Positions 60,001-64,000 of a DNA stretch of 64,000 nucleotides are shown one piece after another. This DNA comes from Isurus oxyrinchus (lineage: Eukaryota), in NCBI GenBank assembly GCA_026770705.1, contig JANJGN010000026.1, positions 38,254,001 through 38,318,000 of the forward strand, in the 5' to 3' direction. The notes below the pieces were generated by a model. The model was not told where the DNA came from and searched no databases. It saw only the letters and a program-made list of their open reading frames with translations. Within the stretch, counting starts at the first letter, position 1. Each line of letters opens with the position of its first letter. The position numbers and the translations under genes are program-made.

Positions 60001-63000
60001 TCGGTAATCACTGCACTGGACATTGTCGGAGTTTATATTGATTGAGACCCTGTATCAGTAATTACTGCACAAGAACCTGTCTCAGTTTATATTAAGCTAG
60101 ATCCTGTGCTTCCTGTGTAATCACTATACTAGAACATGCCTCAGTTTACATTAATCTGGATCCTGTATCAGTAATCACTGCACTCAACATTGTCTGAGTT
60201 ATGCTGATTGAGACACTGTATTAATAAACACTGTGCTAGACCCTGTCTCAGTTTATATTAATCTAGATCCTGTATCAGTCATCACTGCACTATGGCCTGC
60301 CTCAGTTTAAATTAGTCCAGACCATCTATCAGTAATAATTGCAATAAGCACCGTCTCAGGTTATATTAATCTAGATCTTGTATCAATAATGACTGCACAA
60401 GGCCCAGTCTCACTTTATATTAATCCAGACCTTGTATCAGTCATCACTGCACTTGGACCTATCTCAGTTTATATTGATCGGGACATTGTATCAGTAATTA
60501 CAGCAATATGCTCTATGTCAGTTTATATCAGTTTAGACCCTCTATCAGTAATCACTGGACTTGGTCCTCTCTCTGTTTCTATTAATCTAGACCCTGTATC
60601 AATTATCACTGCATGAGGCCCTGCCTCAGTTTATATTAATCTAGGCTCTGCATCGGTAATCGCTGCACTGGGCATTGTCTAAGTTCATATTGATTGAGAT
60701 CATGTGTCAGTAATCAATGCACTCGGCCCTGCCGCAGTTTATATTAAGCTAGATGCTGTGCAATATGCCAGGCGTCATTTTGTTTATCAATCTAGGCCCT
60801 GTATCGGTAATCACTGCACTAGGCCCTATCTCAGTTTACATTAATTTAGTCCCTGCAGCAGTAATCACTGCCTGAGCCCCTGTCCCAGTTATATTTATCT
60901 GGGCCCTGTGTCAGTGAACACTGCACCAGGCCCTGTCTCAGGTTATGTTAGTTCAGACCGTGTATCAGTAATTACTGTACAAGAGCCTGTCTCAGTTTAT
61001 ATTAATCAAGGCCCTGTTTCAGTAATCATTGCACTTGGCCCTGTTCTGGTTATAATAATCTGCACCCTGAATCTATAATCATTGCACTTGGCCCTCTCTC
61101 AGTTTCTATTAACCTAGATCCTGTACCAGTAATCACTGCAATATGCCCTGCCTCAGTTTATGTCAATCTCAACCCTGTATCAGCAATTACTGCAATTTTC
61201 CCTACTTTAGTTTATATCAATCTAGACCCTAAATCAGTAATCGCTGCACTAGGCCATGCCTCAGTTCATATTAATCAAGACCATGTATCAGCAATCATTG
61301 CACTAATCACTATCTCAGTTTTATTTTTATCAAGACCTAGGATCAGTAATCACTGCCCTAGACACTGTCTCATTTTATACTGATGTACACCCCGTAACTG
61401 TAATTGCTTCAATGGACACTGTCTCAGTTTATATTGACCCTGATCCTGTATCATTAATCACTGCACTATCCCCTGTCCTAGTTTATATTAATCAAGACCC
61501 TGTTTCAGTAATCTCTGCACTCAACCCTGTTCTGGTAATAATAATTTGCACCCTGAACCTAAAAGCACTGCACTGGGCTGTTTCTCAGTTTCAATTAATC
61601 TGGACCCTGTACCTGTAATCACTGCACTAGACCCTGTTCCATTTTATATGCATCCAACCCTGCAACACAAATCATGGCCCTCGGCCTTGTCTCAGTTTAT
61701 ATCAATCTAAGCCCTGTATCAGTAATCACTGCACTAGACCCTACGTCATTTTATATCAATTTGGACTCTATATCAGCAATCACTGCACTTGAGCCTCTCT
61801 GAGTGTATATTAATCTCGGCCCGGTATCAGTAATCCCTGCACTATGCCCTGCTTCAGCTTTTTTTATGAATCTAGACCCTGTTTCAGTTATCACTGCACT
61901 AGGCCCCATCTCAATATCTATATTAACCTAGACCCTGTATCAGTAATCACTGCCCGAGTCAATGTGCCAGTTATATTTATCTAGGCCCTGTATCAGTGAA
62001 CACATCACCAGGCCCTGTCTCAGTTTATGTTACTTCAGACCATGGATCAGTAATTACTGCACAAGAGCCTGTCTCAGTTTATATTAATCAAGACCCTGTT
62101 TCAGTAATCACTGCACTTGTCTCTGTTCTGGTTATTATAATCTGCACCCTGACTCTATAATCACTGCACTTGGCCCTCTCTCAGTTTCTGTTAACCTAGA
62201 CCCTGTATCAGTAATCACTGCAGTAGGCCCTGCCTCAATTTATATTTATCTTGGCTCTGTATCAGTAATCACTGCCTTGGGCATTGTCTGAGTTTATATT
62301 GATTGAGACCCTGTATCAATAATTACTGCACAAGAACCTGTCTCAGTTTATATTAAGCTAGATCCTGTGTCTGTAATCACTGCACTAGAGCATGCCTCAG
62401 TTTTTATAAATCTAGATCCTGTATCAGTAATCAGTGCACTCGGCATTGTCTGAGTTTATATTGATTGAGACCCTGTATCAATAATTACTGCACAAGAACC
62501 TGTCTCAGTTTATATTAAGCTAGATCCTGTGCTTGTAATCACTACACTAGAGCATGCCTCAGTTTACATTAATCTGGATCCTGTATCAGTAATCACCGCC
62601 CTCAACATTGTCTGAGTTATGCTGATTGAGACCCTGTATCAATAATTACTGCACAAGAACCTGTCTCAGTTTATATTAAGCTAGATCCTGTGTCTGTAAT
62701 CACTGCATGAGAACATACCTCAGTTTTTATAAATCTAGATCCTGTATCAGTAATCAGTGCACTCGGCATTGTCTGAGTTTATATTGATTGAAACCCTGTA
62801 TCAGTAAACACTGGACTAGACCCTGTCTCAGTTTATATTAATTTAGATCCTGTATCAGTAATGACTGCACTAGGCCCTGACTCAGTTTATATTAAACCAG
62901 GCCCTGTATCAGTAATCACAGCACATGGACCGATCTCAGTTTATATTGATCTGGACACTGTATTAGTTATCAATGCACTAGACCTTGCCTCAGTTTATAT

Positions 63001-64000
63001 TAATCCAGGCTCTGTGTCAGTAATCACTGCTCTGGACATTGTCTGAGTTAATATTGATTCAGACCATGTGTCAGTAATCACTGCACTGGGCCCTGTCTCA
63101 GTTTATATTGATCCTGATTCTATATCGGTAAGCATCACACCAGACCATGTCTCAATTTAGATTAATCTCGATCCTGTATCAGTAATCCCTGCACTGCCCT
63201 GCCTCAGTTTATATCAATCAAGACCCTGTATCAGTAATCTCTGCACTAGGCCCTGTCTCAGTTTATATTAGTCCAGAGCCTCTATCAGTAATCACTGCAC
63301 TAGGCCCTTTCTCCATTGGTATTGATCTAGATCTTGAATCAGTAATCACTGCAAAGGACACTGTCTCAGTTTATATTGATCCAGATCCCATATCGTTAAT
63401 CACTGCACTAGCCCTTGTCCTGGCTTATATTTATCTAGGCCCTGTCTCAGTTTATATTAAATCTGTACCCTGTATCAGCAATCACTGCACTATGCCCTGC
63501 CTCAGTTTTTTTTAAAATCAGTCTAGACCCTGTATCAGTAATCACTGCACTAGGCCCTATCGAAGTTTATATTAATTTAGCCCCTGCAGCAGTAATCACT
63601 GCCCGAGCCCCTGTCCCAGTTATATTTATCTGGGCCCTGTGTCAGTGAACAGTGCACCAGGCCCTGTCTCAGGTTATGTTATTTCAGACCAAGCATCAGC
63701 GATTACTGTACAAGAGCCTGACTCAGTTTATATTAATCAAGGCCCTGTTTCAGTAATCACTGCTCTCGTCCCTGTTCTGATTATAATAATCTGCACCCTG
63801 AATCTATAATCACTGCACTTTGCCTTCTCTCAGTTGCTATTAACCTGGACCCTGCATCAGTAATCAAGTTAATATGTCCTGTCTTAGTTTATATCAATCT
63901 AGACCCTAAATCAGTAATTGCTGCACTAGGCTATGCCTCAGTCCATATTAATCTGGACCATGTATCAGGAATCACTGCACTAGACACGATCTTAATTTTA
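57010..64000. repeat. 54-bp satellite (27-bp heterodimer) with higher-order repeats, continues past window end
   Basis: gaccctgtatcagtaatcactgcacta + ggccctgtctcagtttatattaatcta; interrupted by a CR1 at 57598-58670. Confidence 0.93.
57598..58670 (-). mobile_element. 5'-truncated CR1 LINE inserted in the satellite
   Basis: KFAEDT..WQMEF..KCEVIHLG and [41 protein letters not shown]; 3' UTR faces 57598. Confidence 0.9.

Noticed and set aside
57267-63046. DPVSVITALGPVSVYINL-type 18-aa repeat ORFs
   Set aside because: Unit length divisible by 3 explains them; frames are broken by frequent stops and indels.

Overview
Cartilaginous-fish (shark) genomic DNA. The centre of the window holds one complete, unrearranged IgM heavy-chain cluster on the minus strand: leader (43929-43974), VH (43495-43799), D1, D2, JH with 23 | 12/22 | 12/12 | 23 recombination signals, a 12-kb J-CH1 intron, CH1-CH4 with secretory tailpiece, and TM1/TM2 exons (to 24150). 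All splice sites and reading frames check out by hand. Left of it lie a 10-finger C2H2 zinc-finger gene (minus), a divergent ZNF pseudogene, three related CpG-rich promoters and a decayed tRNA gene cluster (Asn, Leu, Gly, Glu, Glu). Right of it are RTE/CR1/Penelope relics and a 27/54-bp satellite with higher-order structure that runs off the window end. The most interesting unexplained features: (i) a 2-kb G-rich (non-template strand) switch-region-like tract, an oppositely skewed GAGTGAGG tract and a captured 5' fragment of a stearoyl-CoA desaturase gene, all inside the J-CH1 intron; (ii) a non-canonical VH Cys35 together with a Cys codon in D2; (iii) a cryptic J-oriented RSS 290 bp downstream of JH; (iv) a 280-bp, ~95% identical inverted duplication near CH1. 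Repeat-family names and boundaries are from recognition by eye and are approximate; no database search was run.
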